Source: Octopus bimaculoides
Lineage: Eukaryota
DNA length: 64,000 bases
NCBI RefSeq assembly: GCF_001194135.2
Contig: NC_068989.1
Span: forward strand, 88,724,252-88,788,251
Reading direction: 5' to 3'
The first letter of the stretch is position 1; each line of letters begins with the position of its first letter. Below are positions 25,079 through 37,964 of the stretch, piece after piece. The notes beneath the pieces are model-generated. The model did not search any database. It saw only the letters and a list, made by a program, of their open reading frames with translations, and was not told the DNA's origin. A program made the position numbers and the translations under genes.

Positions 25079-25243
25079 GCGCAGGAGTGGCTGTGTGGTA
25101 AGTAGCTTGCTTACCAACCACATGGTTCAGTCCCACTGTGTGGAACCTTGGGCAAGTGTCTTCTACTATAGCCTCAGGCCGCCCAAAGCCTTGTGAGTGG
25201 ATTTGGTAGACGGAAACTGAAGGAAGACCGTCGTATATATGTG

Positions 25244-25276
<33 letters not shown>

Positions 25277-25464
25277 TTGTCCCCCTAGCATTGCTTGACA
25301 ACCGATGTTGGTGTGTTTACGTCCCCGTAACTTAGCGGTTCGGCAAAACAGATCGATAGAATAAGTACTAGGCTTCCAAAGAATAAGTCCTGGGGTCAAT
25401 TTGCTCGACTAAGGGTGGTGCTCCAGCATGGCCACAGTCAAATAACTGAAACAAGTAAAAGAGT
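25079..25464 (+). mobile_element. SINE family A, near full-length young copy; others at 27706-28092(+), 29830-30140(-), 31920-32310(+), 34270-34625(-), 56125-56510(-)
   Basis: Pol III-like head ggctgtgtggtaag...ggttcagtccc, core ccttgggcaagtgtctt, internal (TA)(TG)n, tail ...gtcaaataactgaaacaagtaaaag. Confidence 0.9.
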
Positions 25465-25869
25465 ATATGACATTACATGTAATGCACTGCACCCTCTTCG
25501 ACCTCATATGTATAGGGGCCGTTGCCAGTACCGCCTGACTGGCCTTCATAGGATTTTCGAGCGTGATCGTTGCCAGTGCCCCTGGACTGGCCTTCGTGCG
25601 GGTGGCACATAAAAGCACCCACTACACTCTCTGAGTGGTTGGTGTTAGGAAGGGCATCCAGCTGTAGAAACTCTGCCAAATCAGACTGGAGCCTGGTGTA
25701 GCCATCCGGTTTCACCAGTCCTCAGTCAAATCGTCCAACCCATGCTAGCATGGAAAGTGGACGTTAAACGATGATGATGATGATGATTTAAGATTTATTA
25801 GATTCAGCATAAGATAGATATTTATGGGTCTTAGGGTCATTTTAGGTGCACCGGAGTAATGAGTTAGGT

Positions 25870-26170
25870 CAATAGTTCTCAACCACGGTCCATATAAGAT
25901 TTTCGGGGGGTCCACAAAACAAAAGAGTAAATTGAGGATCCACAATATTTCAGGTTCCCCTGAAAAACTTTTGCTTGGTATATATAGCAAGAAACAGCTT
26001 GGTTTCTTTCTCTAGCATTTTACATAGTTCAACCTTCACAAGTTAATGGATGAAAAGCAAAATAGGAATTTTGAAAGAAGTATCTATAAAATGAATTTTT
26101 AAACACAATGGCTATGAGGGCCCACTAGAATAAAATGCTAATCAAAGGGATCCATGGATGAGAACCCCTG
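25870..26170. mobile_element. hAT-type MITE
   Basis: TIRs caatagttctcaacc / gatgagaacccctg; perfect 8-bp TSD agttaggt on both sides. Confidence 0.9.
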
Positions 26171-26799
26171 AGTTAGGTTATAGATCTGTCATGTGTCCCA
26201 GTATTTTATATATCTTTTCTCTCCATGATGGTGTAGGTTAGATAGCTCTGCAAATCTTGAGACCTACATGAGTTTTTCAATCATCATCATTTAATGGCCA
26301 CTTTTCCAAGCACGCATGGATCACATGGAATTTATTGAGACAGATTTTCTACAGCCGTATGCCCTTCATGTGCTGCCACAAAACATTTTGTCCAGTTTTC
26401 TGACAGTTATACTAATCCGCTAGCTTCATCATCAATCCCTGGACATTTCTATCTCAAGTCGTAGGACTGGTTTCCATGGTATCCAAGTGACTGAGATCAC
26501 AGCGTTCCACCCAAATGGAATGCCAGTTTGTTGCTAGGTTACTCATTTACAGTTGAGTAGACTGGAGCAATGTGAATGGAGGGTCGTGCTCAAGAACGTG
26601 ATGCACCACCCAGTCCAGGAACCAAATCACCCATCTTGCAATCATGAGTGAAACACCCTAACCTCTAGGTCACTTTGGACGGTTATTCTATTGACACCCC
26701 TCAGAAGTGGTGAACATCAAAGTTAGCTTTGGCAAGATTTGAACTCGGAATGTAAAGAGCTGGAACAAATACTGCAAATAATTTTGTCCAATGCTTTGA

Positions 26800-27013
26800 C
26801 CCTTTAGCATTTAAACTGGCCATATCCAGCCCAAATATTCTACCAGTTTTATGTTCAAGCTGGCCAGATCTAGCTTCTCGCACCTACCCTACATTGTCAT
26901 TCTTAAAATAAACAATCACATCGTCGACATCTCAAAGCTGCTAGATAATGTATGATTAATTCAAAACCACGTGAATAAATAAGCATTACATTTGACATTT
27001 GAATGCTAAAGGG
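26800..27013. mobile_element. piggyBac-type MITE (family P2) nested in a SINE B; others at about 12987-13205, 54662-54883 and 54886-55078
   Basis: ccctttagcattta ... gaatgctaaaggg, with TTAA-like flanks and shared internal ctggccagatct...ccctacaatgtcatt. Confidence 0.8.
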
Positions 27014-28109
27014 TTTAATGATTCTGCCCATCCACTGTCTCATTGCAGACATAAGACTATATTGCTATTTATGTGCTCTTTCCATTTTATGATGAATGGA
27101 TGTAATTTCAGGGAGATTGGCTTTGATTTCTTGTCATAGGCTGAAATATTTGAAGAAACTGATGTCACTAACTTACTTAGTGTCATGTTTGTGCAAGTAT
27201 TGTGATTTCAAATTATTTTGTTACATTTTTGTTCGCAAGTCATCTAGTGTTGTAAGGTGTTTGTAGCACCATAATTATATGTCAGCGTTAAGTTTAAGGG
27301 TACACTTGGTAGACAGAATATGGAGTGTATGTGGTTAAGAAATTTGCTTAATAACCACATGTTTCAGGGTTCAATCTCACTGTATGTCAAGCCTTGTGAG
27401 TGGAATTTTTTTGAAATTGTTCGCTTGTATGAACATTGCAAGGTGACTGACATGGGCTGCCAGGGCTTTGCAAAGCTTTGTCTGGGTTTGGAGTTACTGG
27501 TGCAGCAAAAAGGAAAGCAGACCAGTGGTTTGCTGCTGATGGGATGCAAGCAGGGACTTAATCAACCCTGGCTGAGTCAACTGGGTGAGAGGGTCTGATA
27601 TTGAAAGCTTCAAAAACCTCTGAGACCCCAGAAACATCACTGATGATGCATCCAAGAACATCTGTGAGATTTATCTTGAAACATATATATGTATATATAT
27701 ATATAGGCGCAGGTGTGGCTGTGTGGTAAGAAGCATGCTTCCCAGCCACATGGTTTCGGGTTCAATCTCACTGTTTGGAACTATCTTCTACTATAGTCTC
27801 AGGCCAACCAGAGCCTTGTGAGTGGATTTGGAAGACAGAAACTGAAAGAAGCCCATTATATATATATGTATATATTTATATGTGTCTGTTTGTCCCCGCC
27901 ACCACCACCACCATTGCTTGACAACCAATGCTGGTGTGTTTATGTCCCCGTAGCTTACCAGTTTGGCAAAGAGACCGATAGAATAAGTACTAGGCTTACA
28001 AAGAATAAGTCTTGGAGTTGATTTCTTACTAAAACCCTTTAAGGCAGTACTCCAGCATGGCCACAGTCAAATGACTGGAACAAGTAAAAGAATATATATA
28101 ATTTGTCTT

Positions 28110-28560
28110 TGAGGATGGAATAGTGCCAATGGCTTTAGTAGGTTCCCCTAAACTGAGGGAATCAAAGCCATTAATGTAAGTCAAGATCTACTGGAAAGAT
28201 ATGAGGTAGGGGATTCTAGAGGGCCCCTGGGAAGGAAAGATTTGTGTGGAGCCTGGTGGGAGTGGAGGTGACATGAGTCCAGCTAGTTCTGAGAAGCAGA
28301 AGCCATTATAGTAACAGTAGAAAAAGCAGAGAGTGGGAGTTGGAGACAGTTTACTTGTGAATGTCTTTAGTCAAATAGTTCTTTTGTAGATGTGATCTAG
28401 AATGGCTATGTGCAGTATCATGAGAGCACTGTTCCAATGTAGGCCTCACCTAAGTTTTGTAGAGTAATTGTTAGGGACTAAAGTATCTGCTGATCCTAAA
28501 GAGATGTATGAGGTTGTAGTCAAAAACAAGTCCCATAACCTAGCTCTTCAACAAATAGAA
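28110..28560 (-). mobile_element. Decayed CR1/L2-type LINE ORF2 C-terminal fragment
   Basis: Minus strand: LYKT*VRPTLEQCSH ... CFFYCYYNGFCFSELAGLMSPPL. Confidence 0.65.
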
Positions 28561-31338
28561 ATAGATTAAAAAGGTGGTGCCACACTGCAAATAAGTACTA
28601 AGGCTGCTATGGTTGACTAAAATCATTGAAGGCAATTCTCCAGCATGTTGGCCGGCCATCCACCGAGTGAAAGCAGTAAAAGAATATGTAAGTATTATTA
28701 AGGTCGGTGGTGAGTTAGATTAGAGGATGTATGCGACAGTCTCGTTACCATTACTGAGGAATTATCTTTTGTAAGCCCCCAGTCAAACCGTCCAACCCAT
28801 GCCAGCATGGAAAGTGGACGTTAAACGACATTGATGATGAATCACTCTCTCTTCGAAAATGTGGGTGGCTGTGTAGCACCTTTACAGGAAGCAACCTGTT
28901 CTGCTCTGGCCCTTTTCTCTCACACTTTATCCCACTTTACTTCTCATCTCCTTGTATAGAGTTGCCATCTTAGAGTTTGTAGTACTTGTGGCAGCATTCA
29001 CCTGGGGCCAATTAAACCAGCTCTGACCAATGAGTTCACTCACAAATGCTCACCATATCTGATAGTCAGCCCTAACATTCCAGCTCACAAATTCGACAAC
29101 GGCTCCACTGGCAGAACAAGCGTGTAGCACCATAGCCATCATTTGTTGTTGAGGCGTTGGGTTCATGTTCAGAGTATTCAGTGGGAATACAAGTCTGTAT
29201 GTGGTCTCTGGTTGTATGGTACCCTCTTTAGTGCTCATGGCATGAAAATACCACCCTGTACATGTTGTAAAGTGGTTGGTGTTAGGAAAGACAACCGGTC
29301 ATAGAAACCCTACCAAGGTAGAGACTGGAGCAGGATGCAGTCCTTGGGCCCATCAGGTCCTGTCAGACTGTTCAATCCATGCCAGCATGGAACATGGGCA
29401 TTAAATGACGATGGTGAAGATCTATGATTGACACTATTAGGGTAGGTTATATAATGTATGTGGTACTCGGTTATTATTGGATGCAGGGATTATGTTGAGA
29501 TGGAAACATTATGGTGAGAGTGTAAAATTATAGGGCCTACCATAAATAGGGATTAAGGTGGGTGAGAAGAGCACAGCTTATAGAGAGTTATATTAAAGGA
29601 GTGTACATGACACAGTCATTCTGATGTTAGTAATGGAGAACTAATGAGAGAGAGAGATTAGAGAGTATATATGGCAATGGTTCTCAACCATTTTTTGCCT
29701 ATGGATCCCTTTGATTCCTATTTTCTTCTACTGGACCCCCAAAGACAAAGAAATTCTGCTGTATTTTTTGTGATTAAATATTATTCGGAATTGTATAAAA
29801 AAAAATTTAATTATTTTGTGTATTACTTTTTTACTTGTTTCAGTCATTTTGATTGTGGCCATGCCTTTTAGTCGAAGAAATTGACCCCTGGACTTATATT
29901 ATTGTAAAGCCTGGTACTTATTCTATCGGTCTCTTCTGCCAAACCACTAAGTTATGGAGACGTAAACACACCAAGATCGGTTGTCAAGCAATGGTTGGGA
30001 GACAAACACACAAATATATACATGTGCGTGTATATATACGACAGGCTTCTTTCAGTTTATGCCTCCCAAATCCTCTCAGTGGGACTGAACCTGGAACCAT
30101 GTGGTTGGGAAGTAAGCTTCTTACTACACAGCCACACTTATTGTGGAAGTGATCGTTGTTTTTTTAGCCTGGTATTCTATCAACCTCTTTTGCTGAACCA
30201 CTATGTTACAAGGACATAAACACACCAACACCAGTTGTCAAGTGGTGATGAGGCACAAACACACACACACCTGTGTGTATATGTTCTGTATTTGGACTTA
30301 GGTAGGACTTTGCTTTACAATGTAAAGGTTGTCAGACTCCAGTGTTTAGTTTGTGATGGACATCAATACATCCATTGCATGGCTGTATCAGGCACAAGGT
30401 AACCTCTAATCCTGCAGGGTTTTAGGATTCTGTTTCAATTTCCCTTTTTGAATTGAACCGTTCAAGACTCAAAACTTTAACTGAACATTACAGCTTTAAA
30501 ATCCTCATTCTAATAAATCTGAACCTGGACCCTTTTTGAAGTGTTTAACCCCTTTACTGAGTAGGGTACAAGATGACAAAATTGGCTCAGTGTTTTGTGA
30601 TGTCTTGTTCCAATCCTTTACATTTTGAGTTCAAATCACACCTTTCTGGGATCAGTGAAATAATGTACCAGTCAAGTCTTGGGGTTGAGTAGAATTCAAT
30701 CAACTAAGGTGACAAGCTGGCAGAAACGTTAGAACGCCGGGCAAAATACTTAAAAGTATTTTGTCTGCTGCTACGTCCTGAGTTCAAATTCCACTGAGGT
30801 TGACTTAGCCTTTCATCCTTTCACGGTCAATAAGTGCCAGTTACGCACTGGGGTCGATGTAATTGCCTTAATCCCTTTGTCTGTCCTTGTTTTCCCCCTC
30901 TATGTTTAGCCCCATGTGGGCAATAAAGAAATAAGAATTCAATCAACTAACCCCAAATATACAATGCTTTGGTCGGCCCAAGGCTATTGTAGAAAACTCT
31001 TGCCCAAGGTGCCACACAGTGGGACTGAACCTGGAACCATGTGGTTAGCATGCCGGACAAAATACTGGATAGTATTTCATCCATCTCTACCTTGTGAGTT
31101 CAAATTCCACCAATGTTGACTTTTGCCTTTCGTCCTGTCAGGGTCAATGAAATAAATGCCAGTTGAGCGCTGGGATCAGTTTATTCAACTTCCCCCAAAA
31201 TTTCAGGCCTTGTACCTATATTAGAAAGGCTTGGTTGGCATGTAGTTAGATAATTTAGGAGTTAGTTATAGAATTATTAATTTACCGATACTGTTTTTGT
31301 ACACAGGGTAAATGTGGTTTCTTTGTTGTCAAGCAGTG

Positions 31339-31435
31339 ATGAGGCACAGACACACACCTGTGTGTATACATGTGTATATAATGTTAGTGTTAGACACACA
31401 CACCTGTGTGTATACATGTGTAATAATGTTAGTGT
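31339..31435 (+). repeat. About 45-bp tandem duplication
   Basis: agacacacacctgtgtgtatacatgtgta..taatgttagtgt occurs twice. Confidence 0.85.
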
Positions 31436-32619
31436 CTGATCCTTCCTAGAAGATCAAATGAATGTGGTGATATCTAAGGTGTTTGTTCCCAAACAACATT
31501 TATTTTAGTGCTGTTGATTGACACTGCTGGATTGAATGGTACTGCCCAGGTGTTGAAACCATAATGATATCCATGGGGCAGCTGATGTTGGGTTGTTGGT
31601 ATGGCTGTTATTGTATGTGCGGAATAGTTTTATAAGACATACATTTGATGATATTAAGAAGGGTGGTGGATTGCAGTCATTAGGGCACTGGCATTGGTTA
31701 GGAGACAAGCCAAGTTCAAGTTTTCTGAGAATGCACACTGTGTAGTGTGTTACATTAGCAAGCCGTGCAGTAGCAGAACAGCATCAAGTGATGCTGTGAA
31801 ATACAGAACAGCAGCTGATGACTCAATGATGCTCTATTCATGTGTATCACAAATACATCAACAAGCTGTCCCATTAATTGTAAGACAATAAGCAGTTCAA
31901 ACTATATATTACATATAGGCACAGACATGGCTATGTGGTTAAGAAACTTGCTTTGCAACTGTGTGGTTTCAGGTTCATTCCTATTGCACAGCATCTTGAA
32001 GAAGTGTCTTCTGTTATAGCCCTGGGCCACCCATTGCCTTGTGAGGAAGCGTGTGTGTACTTTTGTGTTGTATTTGTCATTATCCATCCCCCACCCTCAT
32101 GTCATTCGACAACCAGTGTTGGTTTGTTTACATTCGCTTAAAGTATGAGTTTGGCAAAAGAGAACAAACAGTAAGTATCAAACTTTAAAAAAGGAATGAG
32201 TACTGGAGTGTGTGTGTGTGTGGGGGGGGTGATTTCTTTAATTTTTAAACATCTTAAAATGTGCAGCTGCATGGCTGCAGTCCAATGATTGAAACAACGA
32301 TAAGATATATGTGCCATCTTGGTGAAGTCTTGATTATTTAACGCTTAAGATTATAAAAGGTTGTGGTTTTGGCTTCTAAACCAGGTAACTCTTGTGTCTG
32401 AAATCAAAGACTGCTGTCATATTTCCCTAGTTTTATTTTTTAATTAATTTTCTTCATAAAAGCATTACCACCACAACATAACAGTATTCTCTCTCTCTCT
32501 CTGTCTCCCTCCCCCACCCGCCTTTTGTTTTCTGATTATTGGATCTTGTGCAAGTATAAACTTAATCACAGATGTGACTCGTTTCGAACCTTGGTTCCCA
32601 AACATATCATTCCATGTTC

Positions 32620-32945
32620 AGTCCTACTGCATGCCACCTTGGGCTAGTGGAGTTGGTATGTGGAAACTGAAGGAAGGCCATCGTGTATGGTTGTATACAT
32701 ATATGTGTGTGTGTGTGTGTTGGGATTGTCAGTGTCTCCTTCTCTTGACATTGTGTGGTAGCAGTAAATGAGAGTCACTGTCATATGAACAGTGTCGTTC
32801 CTTTCCAGTGTTTTGTAAGACCATGTCTGGCCATAGGGAAACATTACCTTGCTTGGTGACAGGAAGGGCATCCGGCCATAGATAATCCACCTCCATAAAC
32901 TCTGTCCCATGCATGGAAAAGTAAATGTTATGATGATGATGATGA
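32620..32945 (+). mobile_element. SINE with family A head and RTE-like tail (variant D2); others at about 40760-41130(-), 52390-52720(-), 58060-58620(-)
   Basis: ggaaactgaaggaagg...(TG)n...attaccttgcttggtgacaggaagggcatccggccatag...catggaaaagt...(GAT)n. Confidence 0.7.
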
Positions 32946-33214
32946 TAGAAGCTAACATTCAGTTTACATATGAATCTTTTCAAGTTAGTTGTTTGTGTAT
33001 GCACAAAAGTCTTTTAATACAGAGTTGAGCTTCTAATGATCAATGTTTCACTTTCCAGATGGAATAATTTCACTTCACTTCCTTAAACCGTTTCTTTGAT
33101 AAGTGCTTTTGTGCCACAGCTTCCCATTTTACTCCACACCCTAAAAATTTGATGGAAACATAATTCCACTAAAATTTGAATTAATGCTGTCTTTAGATGT
33201 TTCATTCCTAGTAA

Positions 33215-33343
33215 CCTTTACTATGCTGTAGGTGCATCATGTCACTGTATGAGTTCTCTCCCTTTTCAGTGTGACACAATGTAACTGTAGCTACAGGGGA
33301 GAAAACTCATACAGTGACATGATCTTCATAAGCATGCTAAAGG
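33215..33343. mobile_element. Short palindromic piggyBac-like MITE
   Basis: Termini ccttta.../...taaagg|TTAA. Inner stem 33236-33262 pairs with 33296-33323 at 26/27 positions. Confidence 0.65.
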
Positions 33344-36300
33344 TTAAACAAACTAGTGGAATTATAAAGTCTTTTATTGATAAAAGTCTTGTTCTTGGTT
33401 TTAGTTGTTTGTTATAATTCCATTAACAGCATCCATCCATGATGCTTATGGAAATATTAAATTGATCGCATTAGTTGAGTGCTTCATTTTATTAACCCCA
33501 GAAAGATCGAAAGCAAAAACCGACTTTGGTGGGATTTGAACTTGCAATATAAACGCTGTAATTGTTTGTAAGTGCTTTTAGAGGTTACACTTGGAATGGT
33601 GAAAATGTGAATGTGGCTGTGTGGTTAAGAAGTTTGCTTCCCAACCACTTGGTTCTAGGTTCAGTCCCACTCTGTGGAACCTTGGACAAATGTATTCTGT
33701 TATAACGCTGGGCCAACCAAAGCCTTGAGTGAATTTGGCAGATGGCAACTGTATATGTTCCAAGTTCAAATTCCATTAACAGAATCTATGATGCTTATAG
33801 AAATATTAAATTGACCTCAGTGGGATTTGAACACAGAAGGAATGTTGCTAAGCATTGTCTGGTGTGCTAACAATCCTGCCAGCTTGCACCCCTCCATTGT
33901 CCCTTTGTTCTCTGCCATAGGTACAAGGTCTGAGATTTTTGGGGGAGGGAGCTGGTCGATCATATCAACCCTGAAAAGATGAAGGGCAGCTAGCCACCTG
34001 ATGGTGGTCATTTCTAAATTAGCCATGGTGACATAAACTTACATAAAAGGGGATTTGAAATGATATAATTGATCATCTATATCCATCAGTACCCTTCGGA
34101 TCAATAAAATAAGTACCTTGAGTATTAGCAACACCCTAATAATGGGTACAAGGGAGTAATCGATTATATTGACCCTAACGATCAACTGGTACTAATTTTA
34201 TGAAAGGCAAAGTTCACCTCAGAACATAAAAGGCTGGAAGAAATACCATTCAGCAATTTTTCTGACATTTCTTTTATTCGTTTCAGTCATTTGACTGTGG
34301 CCATGCTGGAGCACTGCTTTTAGTCAAAGAAATGACCCTAGGACTTATTCTGTCAGTCACTTTTTGCCGAACTGCCAAGTTACGGGGACGTAAACACACC
34401 AACATCAGTTGTCAAGCAATGGTGGGGGAACAAACAGACACACAAACATATACATATATACAACGGGCTTCTTTCAGTTTCTGTCTACCAAAACCACCCA
34501 CAAGGCTTTGGTTGATCCAAGGCTATAGCGTTTGACACTTGTCCAAGGTGCTATGCAGTGGAACTGAACCAGGAACCATGTGGTTGGGAAGCAAGCTTCT
34601 TACCACACAGCCACGCCTGTGCCTATAACATTCTTACCAGCTCAGGGAAGTAATAATATGCTTTCTACTATAAGCACAAGGCCTGAAATTTGGGGAGAGG
34701 ACCTGGTTGTTTATGTTGACTCAAGTGCTCAAATGGTCCTTATTTCATCAACCCTGAAAGGATGAAAGGCAAAGTTGACCTTGATAGAATTTGAAATCAG
34801 GATGTAAAGACAGACTAAACCACCATGAATCATTTTGTCTGGCATGCTAACAATTCTGCCAGCTCAATAATAATAATAATAATAATAATCCTTTTTATTA
34901 TAGGCACAAGGCCTGAAATCTTCAGGGAGGGAGCTGGTCGATTACGTNNNNNNNNNNNNNNNNNNNNNNNNNNNNNNNNNNNNNNNNNNNNNNNNNNNNN
35001 NNNNNNNNNNNNNNNNNNNNNNNNNNNNNNNNNNNNNNNNNNNNNNNNNNNNNNNNNNNNNNNNNNNNNNNNNNNNNNNNNNNNNNNNNNNNNNNNNNNN
35101 NNNNNNNNNNNNNNNNNNNNNNNNNNNNNNNNNNNNNNNNNNNNNNNNNNNNNNNNNNNNNNNNNNNNNNNNNNNNNNNNNNNNNNNNNNNNNNNNNNNN
35201 NNNNNNNNNNNNNNNNNNNNNNNNNNNNNNNNNNNNNNNNNNNNNNNNNNNNNNNNNNNNNNNNNNNNNNNNNNNNNNNNNNNNNNNNNNNNNNNNNNNN
35301 NNNNNNNNNNNNNNNNNNNNNNNNNNNNNNNNNNNNNNNNNNNNNNNNNNNNNNNNNNNNNNNNNNNNNNNNNNNNNNNNNNNNNNNNNNNNNNNNNNNN
35401 NNNNNNNNNNNNNNNNNNNNNNNNNNNNNNNNNNNNNNNNNNNNNNNNNNNNNNNNNNNNNNNNNNNNNNNNNNNNNNNNNNNNNNNNNNNNNNNNNNNN
35501 NNNNNNNNNNNNNNNNNNNNNNNNNNNNNNNNNNNNNNNNNNNNNNNNNNNNNNNNNNNNNNNNNNNTCTCCCAAAATTTCAGGCCTTGTGCCTAGAGCA
35601 GAAAAAAAGGAATGGTTCTGTCTTCTAATTGGCCTCAGGCCTGAAATTTTGGGAGAGGTGGCTTGTTGATTACTTCCACCCCATTATTTGACTGGTACTT
35701 TTAACAACCCCAAAAGGACAAAAGGCAAAGTCAACATACAGTGTTGAGGTTGTAGAAGAGGTGGGTATCATTGTTCTCAGTATATAGCACCATGATAGAT
35801 CAATGGGACTTAAATAGTCAGCCACATGACTAGGCACAATCCACAGACATGTGTCTCTGACTAGTTGAGTTATGGCTTGTGTCCAAAGGTAAAGTTGACC
35901 TCAACAGGATTTGAACTTAGAACAAATGGTCATACGTAAACGCTGCAAGGTATTTTGTGCTTTAATGATTGTATGAACATTCCACCTTTAAGAATAATGA
36001 TATCTAACATAAATCCTAGGGTCTGTCATGAGCCCTACAACTCGTAGGGCCAGGGTTAACCCTGGCTTCTATAGTGTATAAGTGATTGAGATTACAGCAC
36101 ACTTCTCACCCTGGATGGGATGCTAGTCTGTTGCAGAGTTAACTTCCCAGCTATTGCTGGAACACATTTACAGCTGAATGGATCGGAGCAACGTGATATG
36201 AAGTGTTTTGCTCGAGAACATAATGTGCTGCGTGATCTAGGAATTGAAACATGATCTTAGGATAGTAGTGAGTGCAACACCCCCTCTGAAGTGCAAAGCA

Positions 36301-36547
36301 CAACTATTTGATTGGAGAGGGCAACACCCATTTCTATCACCCCCACCCCCCGTTCCCTTGTAATATAGATATTGATTTTAAACTTGAATATAACAAACTG
36401 TTGATCAACCATCAGATGGAGGAAAGTGTACCTAGGACTACATTATTCGATGTGTTCTTTTGTTGTTAAAGACTGTGGCTTGTAATTTGAGGGCAATTAA
36501 ACTGCTTTTTCTAGTCATGTAGACACTTGTTTGCTTTTTTTCATTCT

Positions 36548-36807
36548 GTAGTGGGATTAGAGATTATTTGTCTATATCCGATATTTCCACCATGGCTTTG
36601 GTGAGAGGTTTTTGCTCTTAATTTAGCTGTTTTAACGATGGATTTTGTTCGAGGCTGTTCATCCAGCTTTAGCTATTTCCATGTTGAATTTGGTTAGAGA
36701 CTTTTAGTCTCACTTCAATTGTTTCAAAGGTGGCTTTGGTTAGAGGTTATTGATCTTACTTTAACCATTTCTATAACGGATTTAGCTAAAAGTTATTGGT
36801 CTTACTT
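36548..36807. repeat. Degenerate 46-bp minisatellite, 5-6 units
   Basis: Unit starts at 36594, 36640, 36686, 36732 and 36778; consensus roughly ggctttggttagaggttattgatcttactttagctatttcyataac. Confidence 0.8.
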
Positions 36808-36871
36808 GTGTCGTCAAAAATTATGGTTAATTGTTGTATTTTATATATAAATATGGATGGTAAATCAAATT

Positions 36872-37266
36872 GTGGAGGAGCAATGGCCCAGTGGTTAGGG
36901 CAGCGGACTCGCGGTTATAGGATCGCAGTTTCAATTCCCAGACCAGGCATTGTGAGTGTTTATTGAGTGAAAATACCTAAAGCTCCACGAGGCTCTGGCA
37001 GGGGATGGTGGCAAACCCTGCTGTACTCTTTCACCACAACTTTCTCTCACTCTTACTTGCTGTTTCTGTTGTGCCTGTATTTCAAAGGGGCCAGCCTTAT
37101 CACACTGTGTCACACTGAATATCCCCGAGAACTACGTTAAGGGTACACGTGTCTGTGGAGTGCTCAGCCACTTGCATGTTAATTTCACGAGCAGGCTGTT
37201 CCATTGATCGGATCAACTGGAACCCTCGACGTCATAAGTGACGGAGTACCAACAACAGCAACAACA
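36872..37266 (+). mobile_element. tRNA-derived SINE family C, full length; copies at 49624-49994(-) and 62178-62561(-)
   Basis: A box TGGCCCAGTGG, tRNA-like gcggactcgcgg (TCG loop, Arg-like), B-box-like gtttc(a/g)attcc, then about 300 bp of body and a (CAA)n tail. Confidence 0.9.
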
Positions 37267-37733
37267 ACATTATTATAGTAGATAGTCATGTAAGTTTATT
37301 TACAAACTTAACACAAACACACTCTCTCAGTATTTCTGTTGATTAGTGAGCGTTGCAGGAAGAAGGGCATCTGGCTGTCGAAAAGATACCTTAAATTCTC
37401 TTCAACCCATACAGGTATGAAAAAGTGGATATTAAATGACAATGATGATGATGATGATGATGCCAAAATTGAATCATATACCATTTCTGTAGACATAATC
37501 AACCATCATATAAAGTCCCTTTGTAATGAATACCATTTCAACCCCAGCTTCGTTCTTTTACTGGCTGAAACAAATGTAAGGTGATATTGCTTTCAAGTTT
37601 TTTAAGGGTTTTCTTTCTGCTTTTGTATTTGTTATGTTCCTTTGATTTTCATTCCCAAGAATTTAATGTGTATATCATGATGACAATAACAATTTTTTTA
37701 AAACTAATGACATGTTTTTCTTTGTATTTCCAG

Positions 37734-37933
37734 GTAAGAATACGGTATGGGAATTTTTCAATTTTTTTTTTCTTCAACCTAAACATATCTGCATTTCTTA
37801 AGATGACCAAAAAAAAGAAAAAAAAAACCCTAATCCAATCCAAGAGTGGATCTTTTGTGCCTTATTATTAAGATGTTACGATTGCTACTTAACCTTCGAA
37901 GTGTCAAGAATGCCATATTTGGATATTTCTTGC

Positions 37934-37964
<31 letters not shown>

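Noticed and set aside
36872-36950. tRNA gene
   Set aside because: A and B boxes are present, but there is no full cloverleaf and the sequence continues into a shared 300-bp SINE body in three copies.
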